Assembly: GCA_964529715.1 (NCBI GenBank)
Contig: CAZGXI010000023.1
Span: forward strand, 130-64,129
Source of the DNA: an uncultured Anaerolineae bacterium
GTDB taxonomy: Bacteria; Chloroflexota; Anaerolineae; Aggregatilineales; Ch27
Direction of reading: 5' to 3'
Length of the DNA stretch: 64,000 nucleotides
In this document: positions 35,706-45,598 of the stretch, piece by piece
Layout: each line of letters begins with the position of its first letter
Position numbering within the stretch: position 1 is the stretch's first letter
Translations under genes and position numbers: made by a program
Notes under the pieces: generated by a model
The model's database searches: none
What the model was told of the DNA's origin: nothing
Seen by the model: only the letters and a program-made list of their open reading frames with translations

Positions 35706-37031
<1,326 letters not shown>

Positions 37032-37035
37032 GGAA

Positions 37036-37422
37036 TTAACCCGCCGAGAGGCGTAGCGGCGTGACGGCGGTGTGATGCCCGGCGATGCTGGCCTCGACGA
37101 TGTAAAGCCCCAGTTTGGTAAAGCGCGCCTCGACATGCAGCATAAAGTCCAGGTTCTTCCCTTCCTCCACGCTGAACGGGCGGGAGGGGAGAACCTGTTC
37201 TGTTTTCTCCGGCTCGGCAGCGTGGAACAGGCGCAGGGTGAGATCGTACTGGCCTGGCGGGGCCATAATCTGTGCGAACACGGTTAGCGCAAGGTCGGTG
37301 GGAAGCTGCTGCACGGTCACGTGGCTGAACGGCTGAATGAACCAGCCGCCCGTGTTCTGATCCTGCGTGATCGAGGCGCATAGCAGCAGGGCGTAAATCT
37401 GTGGGCTTAACTGAAAGGGCAT
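37036..37422 (-). CDS. Hypothetical beta-rich protein (DUF6941-like)
   Basis: ALLLCASITQD N-terminus and F..PG.Y..E pattern. Family call is tentative. Confidence 0.65.
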   Translation of the reverse strand: MPFQLSPQIYALLLCASITQDQNTGGWFIQPFSHVTVQQLPTDLALTVFAQIMAPPGQYDLTLRLFHAAEPEKTEQVLPSRPFSVEEGKNLDFMLHVEARFTKLGLYIVEASIAGHHTAVTPLRLSAG

Positions 37423-37446
37423 CGCAAGGGTCTCCAGGAGAGAGGA

Positions 37447-38853
37447 TTAGAATGGGCACAGGTCTTCCAGGCTGTACGGGCCGATAGAAGGGCCAAAGTA
37501 GGTCCGATCGCCCAGGTACTCCCAGGTATGCGACCAGACGGCGGCAGCCTCCCTGACGGATTGGCAGGCCGCCGATAGCGGGTCGCCGGGGATTGTGGGG
37601 TTGTAAAACGCCTCCAGGAAGATTCTCGCCAGTTCGGTGTAATAGGTGTAGGGCTTTTCGGCATCCCAGGCGGCCTGCTGGCGCATGGCATTCAGCATAT
37701 CCTGATCTTGTCCGTCGCGCGCGGCAGCGTGAGCCAGCACCAGTCGATAGCGGGTGTAGTTGTTCAGCCGGTTTTCTTCGTCGGCGACGTTCTTTTCGTC
37801 CCGCACAATGCCGCCCCAGGCGGGCAGCGTCCGGTCGTCGTCGAGGATGCGTTGGTACAGGTCTATAGCCGCCTCGATGTCGCCGACGCGCAGATACCGG
37901 TCAGCCTCGCGCAACAGTTGGATGCGATAGAGCGGTTCGCTGGTCGGCGTTCCGGCGGGCGCAGCAGTCGGCGTAGGGACGTAATCGACGGTGCTCTGGG
38001 TGAATTCAGTACCGCGCCAGGTCCAGGTGTAAATGGCAGGGCGTTGGGGGCCGGCCCGACGATTGGGGATGGAGCCTTCGTCAATGATAAACTCGCGCAG
38101 GCCGCTGCCGATGACGCGCGTTCGGAAGCCGGCGTTTGGAAATCCCTGCCCGCTTTCGTCAGTATAACGGTACAGCGATTCAAATTGCTCATTCAGTACC
38201 CGGAAATTCCCCGCAGCGGCATTCCAGGTGATGATGTATGGCACGCGGAAGCAGGCCAGCGTCGTGCAGTGTTCGGTATAGAAGGCGATCTCGGCCTGTC
38301 GGTCGCCGTTCATATCGCTGATGCAGTCGGTGTCTTCAGGGGCGATGCAGATCAGACGCGGCATACTGGTTGGGGCGGTCGGGGCGGTGGCGATGCCGTA
38401 CAACACGCTATAGCGCCAGCTGCCCCCGGCAGATTCCTGGCAGCCGAACACCAGGAGCTGCCCCGGCGGCTGCGCCGTCGTTGACGTGCGGGGATAGTGG
38501 AACGCCACCACGACATCTTTGTAGTTATTGCCGTTCAGGTCGTCATCGGCGCTGACGGTGTCGGGGGCGTAGGGATCATCGGAATCGCTGTCGATCAGTC
38601 CCCAGCTGCGCAGGATGCGTTCCAGTTCGTCGGGCGAGCCGCCATCCGAGAGATAGTCTGCGATGAGTTCCTGGTAGACCGTGTATGGCTGGCTGCTGTC
38701 CGGGCGAACCGGGTCGGGGATGGTGACGAATTCTCTGCAGAAGTCCGGCGTGGGTGTGGGAACTGGCGTCGGGGTGGTTGCGATGTGGCAGGCCACGCCG
38801 ACCGCCAGCAGCACCAGCGCCGTCCAGATCAGGTTGAACGTCGATCTGTGCAT
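37447..38853 (-). CDS. Lipoprotein with DxNGxxxxD loops and a TPR-like C-terminal region
   Basis: Lipobox GVAC, PT linker, DLNGNNYKD and DMNGDRQAE motifs, ADRYLRVGDIEAAIDLYQRIL helix. Confidence 0.75.
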   Translation of the reverse strand: MHRSTFNLIWTALVLLAVGVACHIATTPTPVPTPTPDFCREFVTIPDPVRPDSSQPYTVYQELIADYLSDGGSPDELERILRSWGLIDSDSDDPYAPDTVSADDDLNGNNYKDVVVAFHYPRTSTTAQPPGQLLVFGCQESAGGSWRYSVLYGIATAPTAPTSMPRLICIAPEDTDCISDMNGDRQAEIAFYTEHCTTLACFRVPYIITWNAAAGNFRVLNEQFESLYRYTDESGQGFPNAGFRTRVIGSGLREFIIDEGSIPNRRAGPQRPAIYTWTWRGTEFTQSTVDYVPTPTAAPAGTPTSEPLYRIQLLREADRYLRVGDIEAAIDLYQRILDDDRTLPAWGGIVRDEKNVADEENRLNNYTRYRLVLAHAAARDGQDQDMLNAMRQQAAWDAEKPYTYYTELARIFLEAFYNPTIPGDPLSAACQSVREAAAVWSHTWEYLGDRTYFGPSIGPYSLEDLCPF

Positions 38854-38884
38854 TGCGCTCTCCCGTGTAGCTGTCTTGCGCGGG

Positions 38885-39625
38885 TCAAAAGACCTTATCC
38901 CGAATGCTCGGCGGTTGGCTGGGACCTGTCAGGTGAACTGTCAGAAAGCGCAGTGTTCGTTCCCAGGCATCTTCTGCGATTGCCGGGAGATATTCCGGGC
39001 GGGCTTCGTCGAAGAAATCGCCCCCGGCCCCCGAATAGATCACCAGTTCACGCGCGCCCGCGCCCGTCTCAAAGGCTGCCCGGATGTCCGCCAGTTGCTC
39101 CGCCGGGATGCCGCCGGGGCTGTCGCCGTAAAAGGCCAGAATGGCCGTCGGATCGGTCGGCAGCAGCAAGCGGTCGTCTGCAATAGCCGGGTTGAAAAGG
39201 ACGGCGGCTTTGACCTCTTCGCGGTGGAGGGCCAGGTGCAGCGCCAGCGTGGCGCCCATGTTGAAGCCGACGGTCGCCAGGTCACCGTTGCAGCGGTGAT
39301 GTGTCTGGATCGCGGTGAGCGCGGCAGACACGTAAGCCAGGCCGGTTTCGCCGAGCGCGGTCGCGTAGTGATTGGCCTCATCGACCGTGCCCGGCAGGCG
39401 GCGGTTGAACAGGTCCGGCGCGACGACGTAATAGCCGGCAGCCGCTAGCCGTTGTGCCAGCCGTCGGACGCGCGGCGTCAACCCCCAGCGGTCATGGATC
39501 AGCGCGATGCCGGAGAACTGCCCCCCGACATCGGGATGCGCCCAGAAAGCGGGCAGCAGGTGCCCCTCGGCTACGATCTGTACATAGCTGCTGGTGATGT
39601 GGTACTCCACCCGGTCGCCAGACAT
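38885..39625 (-). CDS. Dienelactone hydrolase-fold protein lacking the catalytic triad
   Basis: IHDRWGL, GYYVVAPDLF and AEDAWERTLRFL are intact, but GFNMG replaces GFCxG and AGGDF replaces AGHxF. Confidence 0.88.
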   Translation of the reverse strand: MSGDRVEYHITSSYVQIVAEGHLLPAFWAHPDVGGQFSGIALIHDRWGLTPRVRRLAQRLAAAGYYVVAPDLFNRRLPGTVDEANHYATALGETGLAYVSAALTAIQTHHRCNGDLATVGFNMGATLALHLALHREEVKAAVLFNPAIADDRLLLPTDPTAILAFYGDSPGGIPAEQLADIRAAFETGAGARELVIYSGAGGDFFDEARPEYLPAIAEDAWERTLRFLTVHLTGPSQPPSIRDKVF

Positions 39626-39685
39626 GGCAGCCCCTTTCCAGGTAGGGTTGCTGCGACGCTGTTGCTATGGGGATTATACCAACAC

Positions 39686-40546
39686 TTAAGACGTCTGTGC
39701 CTGTGAGATGGCCTTTTTCGGGGACAGAGGAACCCAATCGATGATCTGGCGGCGCTCGAAGCGACAGAGGTGGGTGAACCCAGCGGCGTGGGCGACCTGG
39801 ACCGCTGTGGTCAGCCCTGCGCTCAGGTGATCTGGCTGGTGGGCGTCGGTGCCGATGACCAGGTGTTCGCCGCCCATCTCCCGATACCAGCGCAATGCCT
39901 CGACCGCGGGAAGGGGCCGTCCGACGGCGCTGCGCAGGCCGGAGGTGTTGATCTCCGGCGCGATTCCGTTAGCGATACACGCCTCCCACACCGGACGGAC
40001 CAGCGATTCCCAGGCCGTGATGTCGAACGGCCCGTAGAACGGCACACAGTAGCGTGCGGGGATGTCTAGGTGGCCCAAAATGTCGAAGCCGCCTGCCTGG
40101 GCCAGGTCGGCCAGTTCGCGGAAGTAAAGCCGCATTGCCTCGGCGGGCGTGCGGCGCGTGTAGAATTCCGGCTCGTGAACGCCCTCATCACCGATCCAGT
40201 GCAGGCTGCCGATCACAAGATCGTAGGGATAGGCGTCCAGGACGGGCTGCACGATCTCATGGTAGCGGTGCATTTCGCCTACTTCCACCCCGGCGCGGAT
40301 GGTCAGGCCGCGCGGCGCGAACTGCGCCCGGTTCGCCTGCAACGCCGCGAAGTAGTCGTCGGCGCGGTAAAAGCCGCAACCGTCGTCTCTGGGATGTAAA
40401 TCGAAGTGATCGGTAAAGGCGACCTCAGAGAGACCTTGCCGCAGCGCGGCGGCACACATCTCGGCCATGTCGGCACGACCGTCGATGCTGAGATGCGTGT
40501 GTGTGTGGTAGTTCAACGGCGCAGCCGAGGGCAGCGGATCAGACAT
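39686..40546 (-). CDS. Histidinol-phosphatase, HisJ/PHP family
   Basis: NYHTHTHLS, FTDH, GVEVG, GSLH, GHLD, EINTSG, GTDAH. Confidence 0.88.
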   Translation of the reverse strand: MSDPLPSAAPLNYHTHTHLSIDGRADMAEMCAAALRQGLSEVAFTDHFDLHPRDDGCGFYRADDYFAALQANRAQFAPRGLTIRAGVEVGEMHRYHEIVQPVLDAYPYDLVIGSLHWIGDEGVHEPEFYTRRTPAEAMRLYFRELADLAQAGGFDILGHLDIPARYCVPFYGPFDITAWESLVRPVWEACIANGIAPEINTSGLRSAVGRPLPAVEALRWYREMGGEHLVIGTDAHQPDHLSAGLTTAVQVAHAAGFTHLCRFERRQIIDWVPLSPKKAISQAQTS

Positions 40547-40584
40547 AGAGCCTTCCTGAAAACCGGCGGTGGACGACCCGCGCA

Positions 40585-41997
40585 TTATACCGCAGGCAAC
40601 CCATCGCAGCGGTGGAGGGCGTCTGCAAACTCAGGTATAGCGTCGGCTTCCAAGACCTCGTCCGGGCCGATGGGCAGCATCGTCAGGCCGGAAATCACTT
40701 TGGGATAGAAGTCCGTGCTCTTTTGCGGCATCCGCTCGCCCTGCGCCGCGACCGCCCGGATGTCCTCGATGCGCGTGGGGCTGAGGAAGAACACGAAGTT
40801 GCCCTCGCCTGAATCTACGTCGGTCACGGCCTGCGCTGCGTTGCGGTGGTAGCGGATCAGCGACTTGTCCTCAATGCCCTGCGCCGGCACGCCCGCGATC
40901 TGTTCCAGCAGGATTTTGTGCACGATGCTGACGGATAGAGACTTCCAGGCGTGGGAATGCCCGCCGTCGATCAGACTGTCGATCAGGCGCTCGTCGCGTA
41001 GAGTCAGGACGTGAAAGCCGACCTGCAGGCCGCCATAAAAGCCGAAGGCGTGACCTTTGGGATGGGCGTTGATCGTGGCGAGGCAGGCCGGCAGGTTGCG
41101 GACCGGCAGGATGCTGAAGTACTGCCCGGCGCGGGTCAGGACTTCCGCCGGGCTGACGGCGGTAAAACGACGGATTTCCCGGTGCGTTGGCAGCACGACC
41201 AGCCCTGGATCGTCCATGCTGACCAGGGTCGCCCCGATGTAATTGAAGGCGGCGGTTGCCGGGGCATTGGGATAGGCCAGGCGTTGGGCGTTGCGGTAGG
41301 TCAGGGCCGTCTCATAGCGGTGATGCCCATCTGCGATAATCAGGTCGCGCAGGGGGGCCATTTCGCGTTGGATGGCTGCAATGGCTTCGGCGTCCCGGAG
41401 AATCCACAGCCGTTGTCGAACGTCGTGCTCGAACAGTTCGACTGTATCCACATCCGGCGGGCAGCCCGCGATGGCCTGGCGGATCAGGGTGTTGACCCGG
41501 TTCTGCGGGTCAGGATAGAGCATGAAGATTTGCTCCGGGTTGACCTGGAGGGTGTTCAACAGGCGCAGGCGATCTGCTTTAGGGCCGCTGTGAGTGCGTT
41601 CGTGTGGCAGGATGATCCCTTCGCTGAAGTCGGCCAGTTCGACGGCGGCAATCAGGCCCATGCGCGCATAAGTTTGCTGGTCAACGGCAAAGCTCTGTTC
41701 GTAAGCGTACAGCACGGGCCGATCTTCGCGGACCAGGACTTTGTTCGCCACCCATTGTCGATAAGTGTCTCTGGCGCGGCTGTATACATCTGCACCGTTG
41801 CCGTTAGACATCGACGGCAGGCCCACGTCTTCCAGGTGGCCTGACGTGATGCGCACGATGTTGTAGGGGCTGAGTGCGTCGTACTGCTGTTTGAGGTCTT
41901 CGCTGATGCGATCATAGGGCTGGCTGACCAGCGCCCCGATGTCTTGAAAACGTTGCAGATTGTAGCGAACCCCACGAAACGGTCGAATGACGGCCAT
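40585..41997 (-). CDS. DUF1015 family protein
   Basis: IRPFRGVRYN, PYDRI, HERT...DRLRL, IADGHHRYETA, MPQKSTDFYPK. Confidence 0.9.
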   Translation of the reverse strand: MAVIRPFRGVRYNLQRFQDIGALVSQPYDRISEDLKQQYDALSPYNIVRITSGHLEDVGLPSMSNGNGADVYSRARDTYRQWVANKVLVREDRPVLYAYEQSFAVDQQTYARMGLIAAVELADFSEGIILPHERTHSGPKADRLRLLNTLQVNPEQIFMLYPDPQNRVNTLIRQAIAGCPPDVDTVELFEHDVRQRLWILRDAEAIAAIQREMAPLRDLIIADGHHRYETALTYRNAQRLAYPNAPATAAFNYIGATLVSMDDPGLVVLPTHREIRRFTAVSPAEVLTRAGQYFSILPVRNLPACLATINAHPKGHAFGFYGGLQVGFHVLTLRDERLIDSLIDGGHSHAWKSLSVSIVHKILLEQIAGVPAQGIEDKSLIRYHRNAAQAVTDVDSGEGNFVFFLSPTRIEDIRAVAAQGERMPQKSTDFYPKVISGLTMLPIGPDEVLEADAIPEFADALHRCDGLPAV

Positions 41998-42189
41998 GCC
42001 AGACGAGCCTCCTGCTGCCTTTCCGTCGGACGCCGACATGCGATCATGTCAGCGTAAATGATTATAGTCGCGTGCAGCAGCAGAACTGTAGAGTAGCCTG
42101 CCCAAAAATGATTGTGCTTGGACGTCAGGTTGTCGGGCACTTCTTGCTTGTTCACCAGCGGTTCTGGCCTTTTTGATCGGCGTTCGGCG

Positions 42190-43305
42190 TCACGACGCCG
42201 GGATGTCCAGCGCGAATTCCCAGGGGCCGACATGCCCGCCGGAGTCCTGCCCCGCCCGCTGCAACCGTTCGACCCTTAACGTCCAACGCGCAGCGTGGAG
42301 GTCGTAGGGGGCCGGAAAATCCAGCATCATGCAGCGGCTTCCCCCGACGGTTTCGGCGGTCGGCGCAATGCCCAGGCTGCTCAGTGCTTCTACACGGGTT
42401 TCGCCCATGTCCAGGACGGCCATCGGCAGCCAGGCGGGTTCATTGTCCGGCGGCGTGAAGCACAGGCGTGTTCTGGTCATCGACGGGGTGATGGAGACCC
42501 GTTCCAGCGTCATGGGCAGCCCATTTGCCTCGACGACCGTTCCCGGCGTCAGAACGACCGCCGGGATGAACGGCAACGTGAAGTCAAAGATAAAAGGGCC
42601 GATGGGTTCGCCGTTCGGCGCTACCGTCGCGCCGCCGATATTTCCGGCGTCGTCCGGCGTCGCGGTCGTCGGCGGGATGGCACTCAAGATGACCGTCACT
42701 TCGAGCCGCAGGTCCAGGCTCTGTGGGTTATTTTCGATGATCGTGGCGTCGAAGTTGAATGTGCCCGACATGGACCACTGGTAGATGAAACTGATGGTGG
42801 GTTCGCTGCCGTCGTCGCTGCGCCCGCCGCCACCACCGCCACCGCCGCCTCCTCCGCCGAACGTCACCGGGAACTCGCGGCCCTGGCGGTCGCGTAGGTG
42901 GATGGCGTCGATACTCAGCGACGGCATGTAAGGCGCGGCGCTTTGTCCGCTCGCCCCGAAGTCCACCGTGATGCGGTGTGCGTCTGCATAGGCCCAGTTC
43001 AGCGTAAAGGTGAGGCCGTTGCGGGTTTCGCTGAGGCCGAGCGGAGTCACGAGCTGGTTTTCCTGAGCCTGTTCCAGGCCGGGATCGAAGCTGTTGAACT
43101 GGTGAAAGGCGTATGCGCCTGCGCCAAGCAGCAGCGAGGCTACCAGTAAGGCCGCCGCCCAACTGAACCGCCGCACTCCCGTGAACCGTCGTCGGGGCTG
43201 CGGGGTTTCGATCCGCACCTTGAGGCGAGGCCACAGATCGGGTTGGGGAGATGTCCGCTTTTCGGCGATATGTTGCAACACCTGCCGGGCCAGTTTCTTG
43301 TTCAT
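42190..43305 (-). CDS. Putative membrane anti-sigma factor (DUF4179-like) with poly-Gly loop
   Basis: Start overlaps the ECF stop (ATGA). PDLWPRLK, single TM helix, extracytoplasmic beta domains (FTLNWAYADAHRI, GPWEFAL). Confidence 0.75.
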   Translation of the reverse strand: MNKKLARQVLQHIAEKRTSPQPDLWPRLKVRIETPQPRRRFTGVRRFSWAAALLVASLLLGAGAYAFHQFNSFDPGLEQAQENQLVTPLGLSETRNGLTFTLNWAYADAHRITVDFGASGQSAAPYMPSLSIDAIHLRDRQGREFPVTFGGGGGGGGGGGGRSDDGSEPTISFIYQWSMSGTFNFDATIIENNPQSLDLRLEVTVILSAIPPTTATPDDAGNIGGATVAPNGEPIGPFIFDFTLPFIPAVVLTPGTVVEANGLPMTLERVSITPSMTRTRLCFTPPDNEPAWLPMAVLDMGETRVEALSSLGIAPTAETVGGSRCMMLDFPAPYDLHAARWTLRVERLQRAGQDSGGHVGPWEFALDIPAS

Positions 43306-43898
43306 CGTTCCCCCCAGCGACTTTCTGGCGCGGCGTCCCCCGACCAACGGTGCAGCAGCATCCGCAACTGTTTGCGCGCGGCGTGCAGCCGCCACCGCAC
43401 CGTGCTGGGCGCGCAGTCCAATTGATCGGAGATTTCCTCGTCGCTCAGATCGAAGTAGTAGCGCAAGACGACTGCCGCGCGCTGCTCCGGGGAGAGGCGG
43501 GACAATGCCTGTTCGACAGCCTGCTCGATTTCGTCCATCTCGACCGCGTGGTCCGGGTCAGGGCCGGGGTTGGGGAACAGGTCGGTGAAGGCAGCGTAAG
43601 CGTCGTCCGTGTCGAAGGTGTCTAGCGAAAGATCGCGCTGGTTACGCCGGGCCGCGCGTACAGCAGCGTTCACGACGCTGCGCATGAACCAGGGCGCGAA
43701 CGGGCGGTTCAGGTCAAGGTGATCGATGGATTTGTAAACTTGCAGAAAAACATCCTGCGCCACGTCCTCAGCCAGCGCCGCGTCCCAGGTGATGAGGTAG
43801 GCCGCGTGGATGGCCCGCGCCTGGTACAGCCTGACGAGCGCCGCCAGCCCGCCGATGTCGCCGCGCTTGAGGCGGCGAATCGCCTGTTTTTCGTCCAA
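43302..43898 (-). CDS. ECF RNA polymerase sigma factor
   Basis: AEDVAQDVFL, FAPWFMRSVVN (region 2), LSPEQRAAVVLRYY...STVRWRLHAARKQL (region 4). Confidence 0.95.
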   Translation of the reverse strand: MDEKQAIRRLKRGDIGGLAALVRLYQARAIHAAYLITWDAALAEDVAQDVFLQVYKSIDHLDLNRPFAPWFMRSVVNAAVRAARRNQRDLSLDTFDTDDAYAAFTDLFPNPGPDPDHAVEMDEIEQAVEQALSRLSPEQRAAVVLRYYFDLSDEEISDQLDCAPSTVRWRLHAARKQLRMLLHRWSGDAAPESRWGER

Positions 43899-43940
43899 CG
43901 GCCCCGCCGGTCCCGGTCAGGTGGATTATCCTGTGATCTT

Positions 43941-43967
43941 TAGTCTGGCGGGCGTTAAAATGTTTGA
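43941..43967 (-). promoter_or_regulatory. Possible ECF-type autoregulatory promoter
   Basis: Minus strand TCAAAC-N16-GACTA just upstream of the ECF gene. Confidence 0.3.
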
Positions 43968-44051
43968 AGTTCGACCGAATGTATGCGCAACAAGCGCGCC
44001 GATCCAGTGGGGTAGATCGGCGCGCGAACGACTCAAATGCACAAGGCTGCT

Positions 44052-45452
44052 TTAAATGTGAATCGGCTGGCCTTCCAGGCCGTGCGCGGCCTCCATGATC
44101 GCCTCTGAGAGGGTAGGGTGGATGTGGACGTTGCGCGCGATCTCGTGGGGAGTCAGCTCTGCGAAGTGTGCCAGGGTCAGCTCCGGCAGCAGTTCAGAGA
44201 CATCCGGCCCGATCAGATGGCCGCCGAGGAGTTCCCCATACTTCTTGTCGCTGATCAGCTTGACGAACCCGCCGCTTTCGCCCAGGCCCAGCGCCTTGCC
44301 GCTGGCCTGCCAGGGGAACTTGCTCACGTTGATGTCATAGCCCGCCGCGCGCGCCTCGGCCTCGGTGTAGCCGAAGGAGGCGATCTGCGGTTGGCAGAAG
44401 ATGGCGCGCGGCATCATGCGATAGTCGAGCGTAAGCGTTTCCACCCCGGCGATGCTCTCGGCGGCAACCAGGCCCATCGCGCTACCCACATGGGCCAGCA
44501 TCATCTTGGCCGTCACGTCGCCGATGGCATAGATACCGGGGACGTTCGTCTGCATGTGCGCGTCGATCTCGATGGCGCCTGTCTTTTCGTTGAGCTTGAC
44601 GCCGGTCTTTTCCAGGCCGTAGCCTTCGGTGCGCGGCTTGAAGCTGGTGGCCTGCATGGCCTGCTCGGCCTCTAGAACGACCTGCTTTCCGTCGGCGGTG
44701 GCGATCACGCGGGCGCGTTCCTCCGACTCCTCCATGCCGTCCACGCGCGTCGCGGTCAGCACCTTGATGCCCATCTTTTTGAACTGTTTTTCCAGTTCGG
44801 CGGAGACTTCTTCGTCTTCCAGCGGCGCCAGGCGTGGCATGTATTCGACCAGTGTCACCTCGACGCCGTAATTGTGCATGACGTAGGCGAATTCCAGGCC
44901 GAGTGCGCCCGCCCCAACGATGATGATGCTTCGGGGCAGTGTGTCGCTGAGAATGGCTTCCAGATAGGTGATGATGCGCTTGCCGACCTGTGTGCCGGGC
45001 AGCAGGCGCGGACTGGCGCCGGTGGCGATGATGATGTTTTTAGCCTTGAGCGTTTCCTGGCCGCCGCCGTTGAGGGCGACTTCAAGGGTGTGCGAATCGG
45101 CGAATGTGCCCCAACCATCATAGGTGTCGATCTTGTTTTTCTTCATCAAGAAGCGGACGCCCTTCACCAGCCGGTCGGAAACCTGACGGCTGCGTTTGAA
45201 GGCGGCAGCGTAATCCAGTTGCAGGTTATCGAAGCTGAAACCGAAATCTTTGGCCCGGTGCTGAACGATGTGAGCTAGTTCGGCGTTGCGCAGCAGGGCT
45301 TTGGTGGGGATACAGCCCACATTCAGGCACACACCGCCCCACCACTGTTTTTCCACCACCGCTGTTGTGAAGCCCAATTGCGCGGCGCGGATGGCAGCCA
45401 CGTAGCCGCCCGGCCCCGCGCCGAGGACGACAACATCATATTCTTTAGCCAT
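44052..45452 (-). CDS. lpdA: Dihydrolipoyl dehydrogenase
   Basis: [30 protein letters not shown] redox disulfide, HPTLSE. Confidence 0.96.
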   Translation of the reverse strand: MAKEYDVVVLGAGPGGYVAAIRAAQLGFTTAVVEKQWWGGVCLNVGCIPTKALLRNAELAHIVQHRAKDFGFSFDNLQLDYAAAFKRSRQVSDRLVKGVRFLMKKNKIDTYDGWGTFADSHTLEVALNGGGQETLKAKNIIIATGASPRLLPGTQVGKRIITYLEAILSDTLPRSIIIVGAGALGLEFAYVMHNYGVEVTLVEYMPRLAPLEDEEVSAELEKQFKKMGIKVLTATRVDGMEESEERARVIATADGKQVVLEAEQAMQATSFKPRTEGYGLEKTGVKLNEKTGAIEIDAHMQTNVPGIYAIGDVTAKMMLAHVGSAMGLVAAESIAGVETLTLDYRMMPRAIFCQPQIASFGYTEAEARAAGYDINVSKFPWQASGKALGLGESGGFVKLISDKKYGELLGGHLIGPDVSELLPELTLAHFAELTPHEIARNVHIHPTLSEAIMEAAHGLEGQPIHI

Positions 45453-45523
45453 GCGTGTTCTCCGTCACTGGTCGTTGCATGTTTAAAACTGCCCCAGAGT
45501 CTAGCGCAGCAACCGGGGGATGT

Positions 45524-45558
45524 AAAAAGCTCGCAGGCCGGCTGCCCAACCTGCGAGC
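45524..45558 (-). terminator. Intrinsic terminator after the multiheme cytochrome genes
   Basis: GCTCGCAGG/CCTGCGAGC 9-bp stem followed by TTTTT on the minus strand. Confidence 0.7.
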
Positions 45559-45598
45559 CATGCACCGCTGCGCGGGCGTTTTGTTTGCGGGCGCACGG

